From NCBI GenBank assembly GCA_047602265.1, contig JASGHU010000001.1, positions 3,366,398 through 3,430,397 of the forward strand: 64,000 nucleotides of DNA, given 5' to 3'. The notes beneath the pieces are model-generated. The model ran no database searches, was not told the DNA's origin, and worked only from the letters and a program-made list of their open reading frames with translations. Origin of the DNA: Spongiibacteraceae bacterium (GTDB taxonomy: Bacteria; Pseudomonadota; Gammaproteobacteria; Pseudomonadales; CAMLJR01). Below are positions 1-10,650 of the stretch, piece after piece (position 1 is the first letter of the stretch; the number at the start of each line of letters is the position of its first letter). The position numbers were made by a program, and so were the translations under genes.

Positions 1-912
1 CGCCGCTTTAATCAACACAAGCAACAACACCAGGCCGATAATTTTGAGCGGCTCGCTGCCGAGCAAACCGATATTCGTCGACATACCGACGCCCATGAAA
101 AACAATCCCATGAGCAGGCCTTTGAAGGGCGCGATCGTCGCTTCGAGCTGATGGCGATATTCGGAATCCGCGAGCAATACGCCCGCTAAAAATGCGCCGA
201 GCGATGCGGATAGACCCACCGCCACCATGCCTTCGGCCATGCCGATAACAACGAGCAACGCAGCCGCGGTAAATATTTCGCGACCGCCGAAATTGATGAC
301 GGCGCGCAACAATGGGCGAACCAGAGTGCGGCTCGCAATCGTTGCGAGTGCGATCGCGAGTCCCGCTTTCAATGCGGCTTGCCAGCCGGGTTGTTCGCTG
401 TCGATATGCTCGCCACTCAATAGAGGCAGCAACGCGAGGAGCGGGATCACCGCCAAATCCTGGAATAATAAAATCGCGAAGGCTTCGCGACCGTGGCGCG
501 CAGAGAGCTGATGTTTTTCGGCGAGAGTCTGCATCACGAATGCGGTGGATGACATCGCCAAACCGAGACCGGCGACAATCGCCGCCGGCCATTTCAACCC
601 CAGCGCATGCGCGATCAGCGCAATCGCAGCACCCGTGATAACGACTTGTGCCGTCCCCAGCCCGAACACCAAACGACGCAGAACCCACAACCGATTCGGC
701 TGCAATTCGAGACCTATAAGGAACAAGAGCATGATGATGCCGAGCTCGGAGATATGCAGAACACTCTCAACGTCGCTCACTACCGCGAACGCCGATGGCC
801 CGATTAGTACCCCCGCGATCAGGTAACCGAGCACCGCGCCTAACCCGAGACGACCCGACAATGGCACCAGTAACACCGCAGCAATCAAAAACACCATGGC
901 CTGACTGAGCAT
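1..912 (-). CDS. Monovalent cation:proton antiporter-2 (KefB/KefC-like K+ efflux protein), N-terminal part; runs off the window edge
   Basis: Not in the ORF track because it has no stop in the window. Manual translation from ATG 912 gives MLSQAMVFLIAAVLLVPLSGRLGLGAVLGYLIAGVLIGP...ELGIIMLLFLIGLELQPNRLW, typical of KefB/KefC; GGAG RBS upstream. Confidence 0.88.
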   Translation of the reverse strand, partial: MLSQAMVFLIAAVLLVPLSGRLGLGAVLGYLIAGVLIGPSAFAVVSDVESVLHISELGIIMLLFLIGLELQPNRLWVLRRLVFGLGTAQVVITGAAIALIAHALGLKWPAAIVAGLGLAMSSTAFVMQTLAEKHQLSARHGREAFAILLFQDLAVIPLLALLPLLSGEHIDSEQPGWQAALKAGLAIALATIASRTLVRPLLRAVINFGGREIFTAAALLVVIGMAEGMVAVGLSASLGAFLAGVLLADSEYRHQLEATIAPFKGLLMGLFFMGVGMSTNIGLLGSEPLKIIGLVLLLVLIKAA

Positions 913-968
913 GCGCCGCTACTCCATCCAAAAGTTTTCGATCGCGAATGTTGACACGAAATGCCGAG

Positions 969-998
969 AAAAAAAAAAGCCTCCGCGAGGGAGGCTTT
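969..998 (-). terminator. Intrinsic terminator downstream of tRNA-Lys
   Basis: Minus strand AAAGCCTCC-CTCGC-GGAGGC followed by a T10 run. Confidence 0.85.
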
Positions 999-1006
999 AG
1001 AAATAG

Positions 1007-1082
1007 TGGTGGGTCGTGCTGGATTCGAACCAGCGACCAATTGGTTAAAAGCCAACTGCTCTACCGACTGAGCTAACGACCC
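1007..1082 (-). tRNA. tRNA-Lys(TTT)
   Basis: GGGTCGTTAGCTCAGTCGGTAGAGCAGTTGGCTTTTAACCAATTGGTCGCTGGTTCGAATCCAGCACGACCCACCA: 76 nt, anticodon TTT, encoded CCA. Confidence 0.98.
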
Positions 1083-1094
1083 GAAGAGGCGCAT

Positions 1095-1122
1095 ATCTTA
1101 CTGATTTAGATGCAAAACACAA
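1095..1122 (-). promoter_or_regulatory. Putative sigma70 promoter of tRNA-Lys
   Basis: TTGTGT-16 nt-TAAGAT on the minus strand, followed by a GC-rich stretch 12 nt before the tRNA. Confidence 0.55.
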
Positions 1123-1222
1123 GCATTTTTATAGCGAAATTTAGGCTTATTTTCCGCTTAAAAAAACATCAACGGCAGGCATTGAACTCACGTCGAATAC
1201 AGCGCATTTTCCGTGCAATTCA

Positions 1223-1930
1223 CTAGCGATACGGCGTTGGATCGGGCACACCCGCAGCCTGAAAGCCCTCGCGCCGCAAATAACAGCTATCGCACTGCCC
1301 GCACGCTCGGCCCTGCTCATCCGCTTGATAACAGGAAACGGTGAGGCTGTAATCCACCCCCAATTGCACGCCCTGACGAATGATGTCGGCTTTGCTCAAC
1401 GCGATGAGCGGCGTGCGTATCTGCAGCGGCTGACCTTCGACGCCGGCTTTGGTCGCGACATTCGCGAGATGCTGGAATGCAGCGATGAATTCGGGGCGGC
1501 AATCGGGATAACCCGAATAATCGACGGCATTCACACCGATAAAAATATCGCGCGCACCGAGCACTTCGGCCCAGCCCAATGCGATCGACAGAAACACCGT
1601 GTTGCGCGCCGGCACATAGGTCACGGGAATGCCTTCGCTGCGCTCGGTCGGCACTGCAATATTTTGATCGGTCAACGCCGAGCCGCCGATGCTGCGCAAA
1701 TCGAGCGTCACGACTTTATGTTCGGCCGCACCAAAGGCTTTCGATACTCGCTCCGCAGCAACGAGTTCCGCGCGATGACGCTGACCATAATCGAACGCGA
1801 GCGTATGACAGACATAACCCTCGGCTTTCGCCATCGCCAGCAGCGTCGCCGAATCGAGTCCGCCCGAAACGAGAATGACCGCGCGTCGCATAGTATTGGA
1901 GTTAGAGGAATTAACGTCTGCGTTCGACAT
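1223..1930 (-). CDS. queC: 7-cyano-7-deazaguanine synthase
   Basis: SGGLDS PP-loop, TYVPARN, YPDCR and CGxCDSC motifs. Start chosen at ATG 1930. Confidence 0.96.
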   Translation of the reverse strand: MSNADVNSSNSNTMRRAVILVSGGLDSATLLAMAKAEGYVCHTLAFDYGQRHRAELVAAERVSKAFGAAEHKVVTLDLRSIGGSALTDQNIAVPTERSEGIPVTYVPARNTVFLSIALGWAEVLGARDIFIGVNAVDYSGYPDCRPEFIAAFQHLANVATKAGVEGQPLQIRTPLIALSKADIIRQGVQLGVDYSLTVSCYQADEQGRACGQCDSCYLRREGFQAAGVPDPTPYR

Positions 1931-1932
1931 AA

Positions 1933-2580
1933 TCAATGACCCGCTGCATCGTTCCACAAAAGTTTGTGTAACTGAAGTTGAAAACGGACGGGAAGATTAT
2001 CGCGCAGAATCCATTCAGCCAGCTCGGTGGCGTTTTGCTGACCGAAACTCGGCGAAAATAAAACCTCATTCACGCGCTCGTGCAAGCGCCACTGATCGAG
2101 CTGCATGCGCGCCCATTCGTAATCCTGCTTATCGCAAATCACGAATTTGACTTGATCGTGCGGCAACAATAAATCGATATTTTCGTAACGATTGCGCGCA
2201 AGCTCGCCCGAGGCGGGCGTTTTCAAATCCATGACTTTAATGACGCGCGCATCGACATTGCTCATGTCGATGGCGCCGCTCGTTTCGAGCGAGACTTCGT
2301 AACCCGCATCGCACAATGCGACAAGCAACGGCCAGCAATCCGGCTGAGCGAGCGGCTCGCCTCCGGTGACCGTGACATAACGCGGTGAATAACTGGCAAC
2401 GCGTTCGAGAATTTCCGTCTGCGTCATGCGCTCACCGCCGCTGAATGCGTATTCAGTATCGCAGTAACCGCAACGCAGCGGGCAGCCGGTGAGGCGTACA
2501 AATACGGTAGGCAAACCGATCGTGCGCGTTTCGCCTTGCAGCGAGTAAAAAATTTCAGTGATTCGCAGCGAGGGTTCCAT
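1933..2580 (-). CDS. queE: 7-carboxy-7-deazaguanine synthase (radical SAM)
   Basis: [23 protein letters not shown] and QLHK motifs. Confidence 0.96.
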   Translation of the reverse strand: MEPSLRITEIFYSLQGETRTIGLPTVFVRLTGCPLRCGYCDTEYAFSGGERMTQTEILERVASYSPRYVTVTGGEPLAQPDCWPLLVALCDAGYEVSLETSGAIDMSNVDARVIKVMDLKTPASGELARNRYENIDLLLPHDQVKFVICDKQDYEWARMQLDQWRLHERVNEVLFSPSFGQQNATELAEWILRDNLPVRFQLQLHKLLWNDAAGH

Positions 2581-2660
2581 GAATGGCACGACTGATCGAT
2601 AAAGAGAAATTAATTCGTGATGACGAAGTAGCAGTACAAATCAACCCATCATCCATATAA

Positions 2661-2681
2661 GGCCGACACAATCTGTCGGCC
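2661..2681 (-). terminator. Hairpin after cpoB (possible terminator)
   Basis: GGCCGACA-N5-TGTCGGCC, followed by a weak TTAT tail on the minus strand. Confidence 0.45.
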
Positions 2682-2692
2682 GCGCCCGTCAC

Positions 2693-3565
2693 TCAGCGTT
2701 TGGCGGCGGGAAAATTCTGATCGAGGAATTGCTTCGCCAATTGCGGTGCATTGCTACCACTCGCACCGTAATTATCGATCACTTGCTGCAACAAGGTTTT
2801 TGCGCGCGGCTTATCGCCCTTCAAGAAATACACTTTACCCAATTCGTAAAGTGCATCGGGTACTTTGTTGCTCTGTGGATGCTCACCCACTTTCGTAAAT
2901 GCAACCTGTGCTTTATTCAAATCCTGCGGCTGCACCAGCAGATACGATTTGCCGAGCCAGAAATAGGAGTTACCTGCGAGAGAACTGTTCGGATACTGCG
3001 ACAAAAACGCAGTAAAGCCTTTAATGGCGCCGTTGAAATCCTGACTTCTCAACTTCGCATACGCAACCTGGTAAGCCTCGTACTCTTCGGGCTTAGCGGT
3101 TTCCATTGTCGCCGGCGCAGCAACCGCAGGAGCGGGTGTTGGTACCACAACCGCTGCAGGTGCGTGCGTCTCGGGAGCAACCGGAGTTGCATTCGCATCG
3201 ATCGGCGCGGGCTCTGTCGCAGCGGCGGGCGTCGCGCTTGCGTGAGGTTGACCGATCCGCTTATCGAGATCGTTATAACGATCGAGACTCTGCTGTTTCA
3301 ACGTCTCGATTTGGTGATTCTGCTCTTCGACGATGCCGCGCAACTCCATCACTTCCTGCTGCAGCGATTGCAATTGAATCAGCAAATCGCCCGTTGCCGA
3401 ACTTTGATTGGTTGGCGCGCCAGTCGATGGTTTCGCGCGACTCGTACCCGCGGATTGCGTAGCATCGATAATCGGAGCCTGCGCGCTGGCAAGCGCCGCG
3501 CTCAAACACAGTGCCGAACTCAGTGTTAACCACTTTGCCAACGACGACTTATTTTGCAAGCGCAC
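2693..3565 (-). CDS. cpoB: Tol-pal system protein CpoB/YbgF
   Basis: Signal peptide, coiled coil LQQEVMELRGIVEE and C-terminal TPRs; lies after pal. Confidence 0.93.
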   Translation of the reverse strand: MRLQNKSSLAKWLTLSSALCLSAALASAQAPIIDATQSAGTSRAKPSTGAPTNQSSATGDLLIQLQSLQQEVMELRGIVEEQNHQIETLKQQSLDRYNDLDKRIGQPHASATPAAATEPAPIDANATPVAPETHAPAAVVVPTPAPAVAAPATMETAKPEEYEAYQVAYAKLRSQDFNGAIKGFTAFLSQYPNSSLAGNSYFWLGKSYLLVQPQDLNKAQVAFTKVGEHPQSNKVPDALYELGKVYFLKGDKPRAKTLLQQVIDNYGASGSNAPQLAKQFLDQNFPAAKR

Positions 3566-3618
3566 AGTTATGCTCCGATTGATTTCAGCCTTTTAAAACG
3601 TATGTCTACGACAACGCA

Positions 3619-4125
3619 TCAGTACGACAATTCAGCGCGACGATTTTTCGCCCATGCAGTTTCGTCGTGACCAGGATCAGCCGGGCGCTCTTTGCCGTAG
3701 CTGATGGTTTCGATGCGGCTTTTCGCAATGCCGTTAGCAACGAGGTATTGCACTACCGCGTTCGCGCGACGCTCACCGAGTGCGAGGTTGTATTCGCGGG
3801 TACCGCGCTCGTCGGCATGGCCCTCAACGCGAATCGGCTGACTGCCGGTACGCAATTTCGCAATATTGCTGTCGAGGATCGACTGCGAATCGCCACTCAG
3901 CGTGTATTGGTCGAAGCCGAAATACACGGTGCGGCCATTTTGCGCGTATGCATCGCTACCGCCATTTCCGCCCATCGCGTTCGGATCATATGAACCCGAA
4001 GCCGACGAACCCCCAGCACCGCTGCCGCTGGTATTGCCCGAATCTGCATTTTTGTTGCTGGAGCAACCAGCCGCAAATGCCATTGCCAACACCACACCTA
4101 CTGCGAGAAGTTTTTTGTTTGCCAT
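3619..4125 (-). CDS. pal: Peptidoglycan-associated lipoprotein
   Basis: Lipobox AAGC; OmpA-C motif GHADERGTREYNLALGERRA. Confidence 0.97.
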   Translation of the reverse strand: MANKKLLAVGVVLAMAFAAGCSSNKNADSGNTSGSGAGGSSASGSYDPNAMGGNGGSDAYAQNGRTVYFGFDQYTLSGDSQSILDSNIAKLRTGSQPIRVEGHADERGTREYNLALGERRANAVVQYLVANGIAKSRIETISYGKERPADPGHDETAWAKNRRAELSY

Positions 4126-4318
4126 GATTTGACCTATCCCAATGTATTAACAAAAAATCAATGTCGTAATAAAAACCAAAATGTAACCAAAAATGCAAAA
4201 CATCACTGACTGAGTTGACTCCATTTCTCATGCATTGCCGCGCGCCCGGATGTACTTTTACAACCGTCCGCGTAGGCAAATATCATCGAGAAAATGGGCC
4301 ATCGAAAATGTACTGTGT

Positions 4319-5662
4319 TCAGCGGCGATCAACGAAGGGAGACCACGCCGGCTCGCGCACATCACCAAAGCGCGAAGGCATGAGATACCTCGTGCCCGCA
4401 TCCACCGAAACGGCGGCAAGAATACCACGGCCCCCATACAAAGTCGCGTAGATCAACATCGCGCTATTTGGCGCCACACACGGCGATTCATCGAGGCTGG
4501 ACTGTGTCAGCGGCCGCGTAATACCGCGCTTGGTATCCTGCAATACGATGTGGAAATCGCCGCTCTCCCGATGCACATAAACGAAGCCGCTGCCATCCGG
4601 CATCGCACGTGGACGCGCGTTGTAAGTGCCGTCGAACGTCAGGCGATTGGGTTCGCCGCCACTCGCGCTCACCTGATAGATCTGCGGCTTGCCGCCGCGG
4701 TCTGATGTGAAATAGAGCGAGCGGCCATCGGCGCTCCACGCCGGCTCGGTGTCGATCGAAAAATGATTCGTCACGCGCGTCAATCCGCGCGAAGCAACAT
4801 CCATCACATAGATTTCCGGGTTGCCGTCTTTCGACAGCACCATCGCCAAGCGACGGCCATCCGGAGAAAACGTCGGCGAGCTATTGATACCGGGGAAATT
4901 GGTCAATTGCTGGCGCGCACGCGTGCGCAAATTTTCCATGTAAATCGCGGGACGACGCGTTTCGAATGACGTGTATGCGATCGTCTCGCCATCGGGCGCC
5001 CAACTAGGCGTCATCAAAGGCTCGCGTTGCGTGCGCAGGATTTGTTCGCGCGCACCATCGGCGTCGCTGAGCATCAAGCGATAGGTATTCTGTCCCTGTG
5101 CATCGCGCAGCGCCGAAACGTAAAGCAATTTCAAACTGAAGATGCCGCGAATGCCGGTGATTTTTTCGTAGATTTTGTCGGAGATATGGTGAGCGACATC
5201 GCGCAGGCTATCGTTGTAACCGATTTCACGATCGAGCAAGACCTGCTTCTGATTGATCGCGTCGAACAATTCATATTGCACGGTGTAACCGCTTTGCAGC
5301 GGTGTGATTTTGCCGACCACAATCCAATCAACATTGAGTGCGCGCCAATCGCGATACACCACTTCGCTCGCTTCGTGTGGCATGCTCAACATGTTGCCGT
5401 TGGGCAGCGGCGCAAATTGGCCACTGCGTTTCAAATCATTGGCGACGATGCTCGCAATATCTTCCGGCAACATCGGACCGTTCCAGCCGAGCGGAACCAC
5501 CGCAATCGAAATCGGTTTATCGACGCCCTTTTGAATTTGAATGGTGAGCTGTGCCCAGCTTGGCATTGCGCACAGCATGCACAGCGCAAGAATAAATCTC
5601 AGAGCTTTTACCGTGTGTGAAGTGCTCAATTTCAAAGTACTCAATAACTCAAATAGGTTCAC
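4319..5662 (-). CDS. tolB: Tol-pal beta-propeller protein TolB
   Basis: TolB N-domain and PD40 repeats (PSWAPDG, PTFSPDG); synteny. Exact start uncertain. Confidence 0.96.
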   Translation of the reverse strand: MNLFELLSTLKLSTSHTVKALRFILALCMLCAMPSWAQLTIQIQKGVDKPISIAVVPLGWNGPMLPEDIASIVANDLKRSGQFAPLPNGNMLSMPHEASEVVYRDWRALNVDWIVVGKITPLQSGYTVQYELFDAINQKQVLLDREIGYNDSLRDVAHHISDKIYEKITGIRGIFSLKLLYVSALRDAQGQNTYRLMLSDADGAREQILRTQREPLMTPSWAPDGETIAYTSFETRRPAIYMENLRTRARQQLTNFPGINSSPTFSPDGRRLAMVLSKDGNPEIYVMDVASRGLTRVTNHFSIDTEPAWSADGRSLYFTSDRGGKPQIYQVSASGGEPNRLTFDGTYNARPRAMPDGSGFVYVHRESGDFHIVLQDTKRGITRPLTQSSLDESPCVAPNSAMLIYATLYGGRGILAAVSVDAGTRYLMPSRFGDVREPAWSPFVDRR

Positions 5663-6558
5663 TGTCTTAAATCCTCCGGAGAGAAATCCAACTGCAGGCG
5701 GCGGAAATTACGCTCGAACACCTGCGGAGTTTTTTCCAGTTCCTTCAAATAAGGAAACTTGCTGACACGACGCACAGCGCTCACTGCGGACTGGTCAAAC
5801 GCGTCGTTGCCGCTGCTTTTCAATACACTCACATTGACGACATCGCCGCTCGGAATCAACTGTATCAGCAGCACTACATGCATGCCGATGCGAGCACTCG
5901 GCGGACGGCTCCAGCTATTTTGAATATCGCGCTGAATCAGGCCTGCATAACTTGCCACCGCTTCCTGATCGCGCTCTGCCGCCATCGCCGCATCTTCTGC
6001 CGCCATCGCCCGCTTTAATTCATCGCGTTCACGCTGCTCGCGTTTTTTACGATCGGCGTCTTCCTGCGCTTTGCGCTGAGTTTCTTCCTGCTGTTTTTTG
6101 CGCTGGGCTTCTTCGGCTTCTTTACGTTTGCGTTCGTCTTCTTGCTTTTTCTTTTGCTCAGCAAGTTTCTTCTGCTGCAATTCAGCCTTTTCTTTCTCTA
6201 TCTGAATTTGCTTCTCGAGTTCTTTCTGTTTTTCGATTTGCTTTTGTTTTTCTACATCCGGCTTAGGTGGCTCAGGCTTAGGCGGCTCAGATTTTGGTGG
6301 TGGAGGTTTGACCGGTTCGGGCTTTTCCGGTTCCGGCTTGGGCTCGTCAATGGGCTTTGGCTCAGCCTGAGTTTCACTCTTAGGCTTTGCGCGCAGTGCT
6401 GGCAATTGCTCCATGCTCACCAATTTCGCTTCGATAATTTCCATCGGCGGCGGTGGCGGCGTTGGTGACGAAAACGAAAAATTAAATACGAGCAGCCCTA
6501 TTACCGCGAGGTGCAGCATGAACGAAATGGTGAATGGAATCGCGACAGGTTTGCGCAT
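5659..6558 (-). CDS. tolA: Cell envelope integrity protein TolA
   Basis: N-terminal TM with SxxLH, Pro/Lys/Glu-rich linker and TonB_C-like domain. Confidence 0.93.
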   Translation of the reverse strand: MRKPVAIPFTISFMLHLAVIGLLVFNFSFSSPTPPPPPMEIIEAKLVSMEQLPALRAKPKSETQAEPKPIDEPKPEPEKPEPVKPPPPKSEPPKPEPPKPDVEKQKQIEKQKELEKQIQIEKEKAELQQKKLAEQKKKQEDERKRKEAEEAQRKKQQEETQRKAQEDADRKKREQRERDELKRAMAAEDAAMAAERDQEAVASYAGLIQRDIQNSWSRPPSARIGMHVVLLIQLIPSGDVVNVSVLKSSGNDAFDQSAVSAVRRVSKFPYLKELEKTPQVFERNFRRLQLDFSPEDLRQ

Positions 6559-6589
6559 CGATCAGCTTCGCCCTATGAACTGCTGAACA

Positions 6590-7030
6590 TCAGGGCTTCT
6601 TGAGCGGTTGATCATCGGTCACCAATCCGACCGACTCCGCCCCGGCGTTCTGCAACGCAGCCATCAATTCCACCACATCGCCATAAGGGACTTTGCGATC
6701 GCCCCACACGAACACTTTCGTTTCGGGTTTGGCGCTCAATACTTTGCCGACACGATCGGCGATGTCGGTTAAATTGGTCGCAGTCTGCGCCTGCTCTTTG
6801 GTTCCGAGCTCAACGTAATAGGTACCATCCGCCTTGATCGATACGATCAGCGGCTTGTCATCTTCCGGCGGCACCGGTTTCGCTTTTGCGTGCGGCAATT
6901 CGACTTGCACGCCCTGCATAATCATCGGTGCTGTGACCATGAAGATAATGAGCAACACCAACATTACATCGATATACGGCACGACGTTGATTTCAGCCAT
7001 CGCTCCGTAACGTTTTTTTCCGCGCGCCAT
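6590..7030 (-). CDS. tolR: TolR
   Basis: EINVVPYIDVMLVLLIIFMVTAP motif. Confidence 0.96.
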   Translation of the reverse strand: MARGKKRYGAMAEINVVPYIDVMLVLLIIFMVTAPMIMQGVQVELPHAKAKPVPPEDDKPLIVSIKADGTYYVELGTKEQAQTATNLTDIADRVGKVLSAKPETKVFVWGDRKVPYGDVVELMAALQNAGAESVGLVTDDQPLKKP

Positions 7031-7044
7031 TCTCGATCGCTCGC

Positions 7045-7743
7045 TCAGTTACCGTTAGTGCGCTTAGCATGCGCTTGGCGGTGCAGAATGCTCGAAAACT
7101 CTTCAGCGAAGGTATCGTATTTATTGTCGAGCGTTTCCACCCAGGCCGCGAAACGGTTATACGCAACAACTGCAGGAATCGCGGCGAACAAACCCATGGC
7201 CGTTGCGACCAACGCTTCCGAAATACCCGGCGCTACCGTTTGCAATGTGGCTTGTTGCACATTCGCGAGCCCCTGGAATGAAGCCATGATGCCCCACACC
7301 GTGCCGAACAGACCGACATACGGACTGGTCGAACCTACTGTGGCGAGAAACGGTAAATGCTCGGCCATTTTTTCCTGCTCGCGCGACATCGCCACACGCA
7401 TCGCGCGCTGCGCGCCTTCCATCACCGCATCGGGATCGGCGCCGGTCTGTTGACGCAAACGCGAAAACTCTTTGAAACCCGAGCGAAAAATACTTTCCAT
7501 CCCGAAAATATTGCCGCGATCGGTTTTGCTGTTGCCGTTGCGGAATAACTGGCTCAAATCGATACCCGACCAAAACTCCTGCTCGAACGACTCCATCTCC
7601 TGCCGAGCGGCGCGGAAATACAGCACCCGCTGCACGATAAAAAACCATGAGGTCAGCGATGCCAATAACAAAATTCCCATCACGAGTTGCACCGTGATAC
7701 TGGCGTTCATCACCAAATGCAAAATGGAAACGTCTTGATTCAC
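7045..7743 (-). CDS. tolQ: TolQ
   Basis: SPYVGLFGTVWGIM and APGISEALVATAMGLFAAIPA motifs. Confidence 0.97.
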   Translation of the reverse strand: MNQDVSILHLVMNASITVQLVMGILLLASLTSWFFIVQRVLYFRAARQEMESFEQEFWSGIDLSQLFRNGNSKTDRGNIFGMESIFRSGFKEFSRLRQQTGADPDAVMEGAQRAMRVAMSREQEKMAEHLPFLATVGSTSPYVGLFGTVWGIMASFQGLANVQQATLQTVAPGISEALVATAMGLFAAIPAVVAYNRFAAWVETLDNKYDTFAEEFSSILHRQAHAKRTNGN

Positions 7744-7756
7744 CCGTCTCTTCTCC

Positions 7757-8161
7757 TCAATTTTGAAGACGATTCAACAAATCTTCTGGAATACGTGCTG
7801 GCTTCATCGAGCCACTTTCAACACAGGCGATATTGACATGGCCGCCGCATAGTTCTTCGTCGCCGCGCAGTATACGCTGTTCGAACGTCAGTTGTGCCTT
7901 ACCGTATTCAACCACTCTCGCTGTTGCGACGAGTTCATCATCGAGTTTCGCCGGACGACGATAATCGACTTTCAGGCTGCGCACGACGAACATCAGATTC
8001 TCGCTGAATACAGCAGCTTTATCGTAGCCATACGTGCGCATGAACTCAGTGCGCGCACGCTCCATATATTTTAAGTAATTCACGTAGAACACGATGCCAC
8101 CCGCATCGGTATCCTCGATATAGACGCGCAAAGGCCAGCGAAATTCCATCGACTTACTCAT
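7757..8161 (-). CDS. ybgC: Tol-pal-associated acyl-CoA thioesterase
   Basis: [28 protein letters not shown]. Start chosen at ATG 8161, overlapping the ruvB stop. Confidence 0.94.
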   Translation of the reverse strand: MSKSMEFRWPLRVYIEDTDAGGIVFYVNYLKYMERARTEFMRTYGYDKAAVFSENLMFVVRSLKVDYRRPAKLDDELVATARVVEYGKAQLTFEQRILRGDEELCGGHVNIACVESGSMKPARIPEDLLNRLQN

Positions 8162-9224
8162 CGGCGGTATCAAGCGGCAGCGTGTTTTGCAGGGCTGAAT
8201 CGGCAGCCTGTGTTCGATGCGAAGGCAAACTCAAACCAAAATGCAGATATGCGCTGCGCGTAGCCATACGTCCACGCGGTGTGCGGACGATGTAGCCCTG
8301 CTGAATAAGATACGGTTCGAGCACATCTTCGATGGTATCGCGCTCCTCCGAAATTGCCGCTGCGAGACTTTCCACTCCCACCGGGCCGCCGTCGAACATT
8401 TCGATCATCGCAAGCAGCAAACGGCGATCGAGATGATCGAAGCCGCGCTGATCGACATTGAGCATATTGAGCGCGCGATCGGCGATATCCGCAGTGATGG
8501 TGCCATCGCTTTTCACTTCGGCGTAATCGCGCACGCGGCGCAATAAACGATTGGCGATGCGCGGTGTGCCGCGTGCGCGTTTGGCGATTTCGTGCGCACC
8601 GCTCGGCTCGATGTTAATACCGAAAATTCCGCCGGCGCGCTGCACGATATGCGTGAGATCGGCGACGTTATAAAACTCCAACCGCTGCACGATGCCGAAA
8701 CGATCGCGCAGTGGCGAGGTCAGCAAACCCGCGCGCGTGGTTGCGCCAACGAGTGTAAACGGCGGCAAATCCAGCTTGATCGAACGCGCGGCGGGCCCTT
8801 CGCCAATCATGATATCGAGCTGAAAGTCTTCCATGGCTGGATACAGCACTTCTTCGACATGCGGGCTCAGACGATGAATTTCATCGATAAATAAAATATC
8901 GCCCGGTTCGAGATTGGTCATGAGTGCGGCGAGATCGCCTGCGCGCTCCAGCACAGGGCCCGATGTGGTTTTCAGCGCGACGCCCATTTCATTCGCGAGA
9001 ATATTCGCGAGTGTGGTTTTACCAAGACCGGGCGGACCAAATATCAACGTATGATCGAGCGGCTCCGAACGTTTGCGCGCAGCGCTGACAAAAATCTCCA
9101 TCTGCTCGCGCACGGCGTGCTGGCCGACATAATCAGCAAGCGTTTTCGGCCGCACCGCGCGATCGAGGCCGTCTTCACGTGGGCTCTCGGCAGCGGGAGA
9201 AATTAATCGGTCATGTTCGATCAT
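8154..9224 (-). CDS. ruvB: Holliday junction branch migration helicase RuvB
   Basis: [14 protein letters not shown] and GATTRAG motifs. Confidence 0.98.
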   Translation of the reverse strand: MIEHDRLISPAAESPREDGLDRAVRPKTLADYVGQHAVREQMEIFVSAARKRSEPLDHTLIFGPPGLGKTTLANILANEMGVALKTTSGPVLERAGDLAALMTNLEPGDILFIDEIHRLSPHVEEVLYPAMEDFQLDIMIGEGPAARSIKLDLPPFTLVGATTRAGLLTSPLRDRFGIVQRLEFYNVADLTHIVQRAGGIFGINIEPSGAHEIAKRARGTPRIANRLLRRVRDYAEVKSDGTITADIADRALNMLNVDQRGFDHLDRRLLLAMIEMFDGGPVGVESLAAAISEERDTIEDVLEPYLIQQGYIVRTPRGRMATRSAYLHFGLSLPSHRTQAADSALQNTLPLDTADE

Positions 9225-9251
9225 GGATATTTGTATGCGCTTTTAAGCTGG

Positions 9252-9386
9252 GCGAGCAGAGCAGATCGTTATTTCAGAACTTGCAAGTAGCATTTGTTTA
9301 GCGATCTTTCTTGTCTCACCAAAGATTAAATGATCCCTAGCTTCGTCGTTATTTCCGGTTCTGAAATAACGATCCACCCTACTCGC
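9252..9386. repeat. Long inverted repeat / REPIN-like element between ruvA and ruvB
   Basis: Perfect 17-bp inverted repeat GATCGTTATTTCAGAAC (9264-9280) / GTTCTGAAATAACGATC (9358-9374), extending imperfectly to 9252/9386; GTAG tetramer on the minus strand at 9379-9382. Confidence 0.75.
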
Positions 9387-9415
9387 GTGCCAATCGCTCA
9401 CCTACTCGTTGTCGA

Positions 9416-10024
9416 TTAGCTTTTTACAGCCTTTTTAAGCGCTGCTCGTATCAATGCTTCGCTCGTAGCACCTTCATTCTTTACGGCTGCAATCATTTTC
9501 GTCGCTTCCGCCGGTTTGTAACCGAGCGAAATCAATGCCGATTCCGCTTCAAGCAAATAATCGCTCTCACGCATCGGCAATTGCGCAGCACCTTCTTTCA
9601 CAGCGACACCGTCGACATGCCAATCGCGCAGGCGATCGCGCATTTCAATCAGCAATCGCTCCGCAGTTTTTTTGCCGACACCAGGCAATTTCACTAAACC
9701 GGCCGCATCGTCGTCGCGCACGCAACGCACGAAATCATTTACGTCCATGCCCGATAAAATCGTCAGAGCCAGCTTCGGGCCAACGCCATTCACTTTGATC
9801 AGCGCGCGAAACAGCGCGCGATCCTGCAATGTCGCAAAGCCATACAGCAGATGCGCGTCTTCGCGCACGATCAGATGCGTATGCAATTCGACATTGTCAC
9901 CGAGCGCGGGCAACTGATAAATCGTCGTCATCGGCGCATGAATTTCGTAACCGACACCATTCACATCGACAAGCAGCTCGGGCGCTTGCTTTTCGAGTAA
10001 TTTTCCGCGAATTCTACCGATCAT
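9416..10024 (-). CDS. ruvA: Holliday junction branch migration protein RuvA
   Basis: [21 protein letters not shown] and [11 protein letters not shown] motifs. Confidence 0.98.
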   Translation of the reverse strand: MIGRIRGKLLEKQAPELLVDVNGVGYEIHAPMTTIYQLPALGDNVELHTHLIVREDAHLLYGFATLQDRALFRALIKVNGVGPKLALTILSGMDVNDFVRCVRDDDAAGLVKLPGVGKKTAERLLIEMRDRLRDWHVDGVAVKEGAAQLPMRESDYLLEAESALISLGYKPAEATKMIAAVKNEGATSEALIRAALKKAVKS

Positions 10025-10059
10025 TTTCTTAAATTCTTCAACTCAAACGCCCGCGAACC

Positions 10060-10590
10060 TTAGCTCAAACGACCGCGCAGCATACGACCGCGCGCCTGAC
10101 CGCCAATCGCCATACTCAACATACTTTGACGCGTATGCGCATGACACAGCGCAGCAGCGAGACCATCGGCCGCATCCTCTTGTGGCGCTGCCGGTAATTT
10201 CAGCAATGTTTTTACCATGTGCTGAACCTGCTCTTTATTCGCAGCGCCCGTTCCGACCACGGCCTGTTTAATTTGGCGCGCAGTATATTCGGCGACAATC
10301 AATTGCCGATTTACACATGCAACCATCGCCGCCCCGCGCGCCTGACCCAATTTCAACGCCGAGCCAGCGCTTTTCGCCATAAAGACTTCTTCGACGGCGA
10401 CCTCGGAAGGACCGTAGCTATCGATGATTTCGGAAATATTGTCGAAAATAATTTTGAGGCGATCGGCCAGCGCGATCACAGGAAGACGAATCACGCCACT
10501 AGCAACGTATTCGTGACGACTACCGTTGACGCGAATGATACCGAAGCCGGTTTTGCGCGAGCCGGGATCAATACCGAGAATCAAAGTCAT
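10060..10590 (-). CDS. ruvC: Crossover junction endodeoxyribonuclease RuvC
   Basis: [14 protein letters not shown] and DAADGLA motifs. Confidence 0.98.
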   Translation of the reverse strand: MTLILGIDPGSRKTGFGIIRVNGSRHEYVASGVIRLPVIALADRLKIIFDNISEIIDSYGPSEVAVEEVFMAKSAGSALKLGQARGAAMVACVNRQLIVAEYTARQIKQAVVGTGAANKEQVQHMVKTLLKLPAAPQEDAADGLAAALCHAHTRQSMLSMAIGGQARGRMLRGRLS

Positions 10591-10650
10591 GCAATTGGCC
10601 GTGCTGAGGTTTGGCTATTATGGCCATGATTGTACGGGTTTGGCCACTCC

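Noticed and set aside
8-826. Several ORF-track entries (226 aa minus-strand ORF and short plus-strand ORFs)
   Set aside because: They are shadow frames of the KefB/C-like CDS that runs off the window.
1007-1082. tRNA genes as possible island integration sites
   Set aside because: No integrase and no duplicated tRNA 3' end is visible for either tRNA.
885-1094. 69-aa ORF over tRNA-Lys; likewise the ORF at 44744-45001 over tRNA-Leu/secG
   Set aside because: They overlap tRNA genes and are spurious.
1223-2580. queC/queE as a 7-deazaguanine DNA-modification (dpd) defence system
   Set aside because: They sit in the ordinary tol-pal-queE-queC-tRNA-Lys context with no dpdA/tgt paralog, so this is housekeeping queuosine synthesis.
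5659-6558. Low-complexity PKPE and KKQ/E repeats in TolA
   Set aside because: This is normal TolA linker composition.
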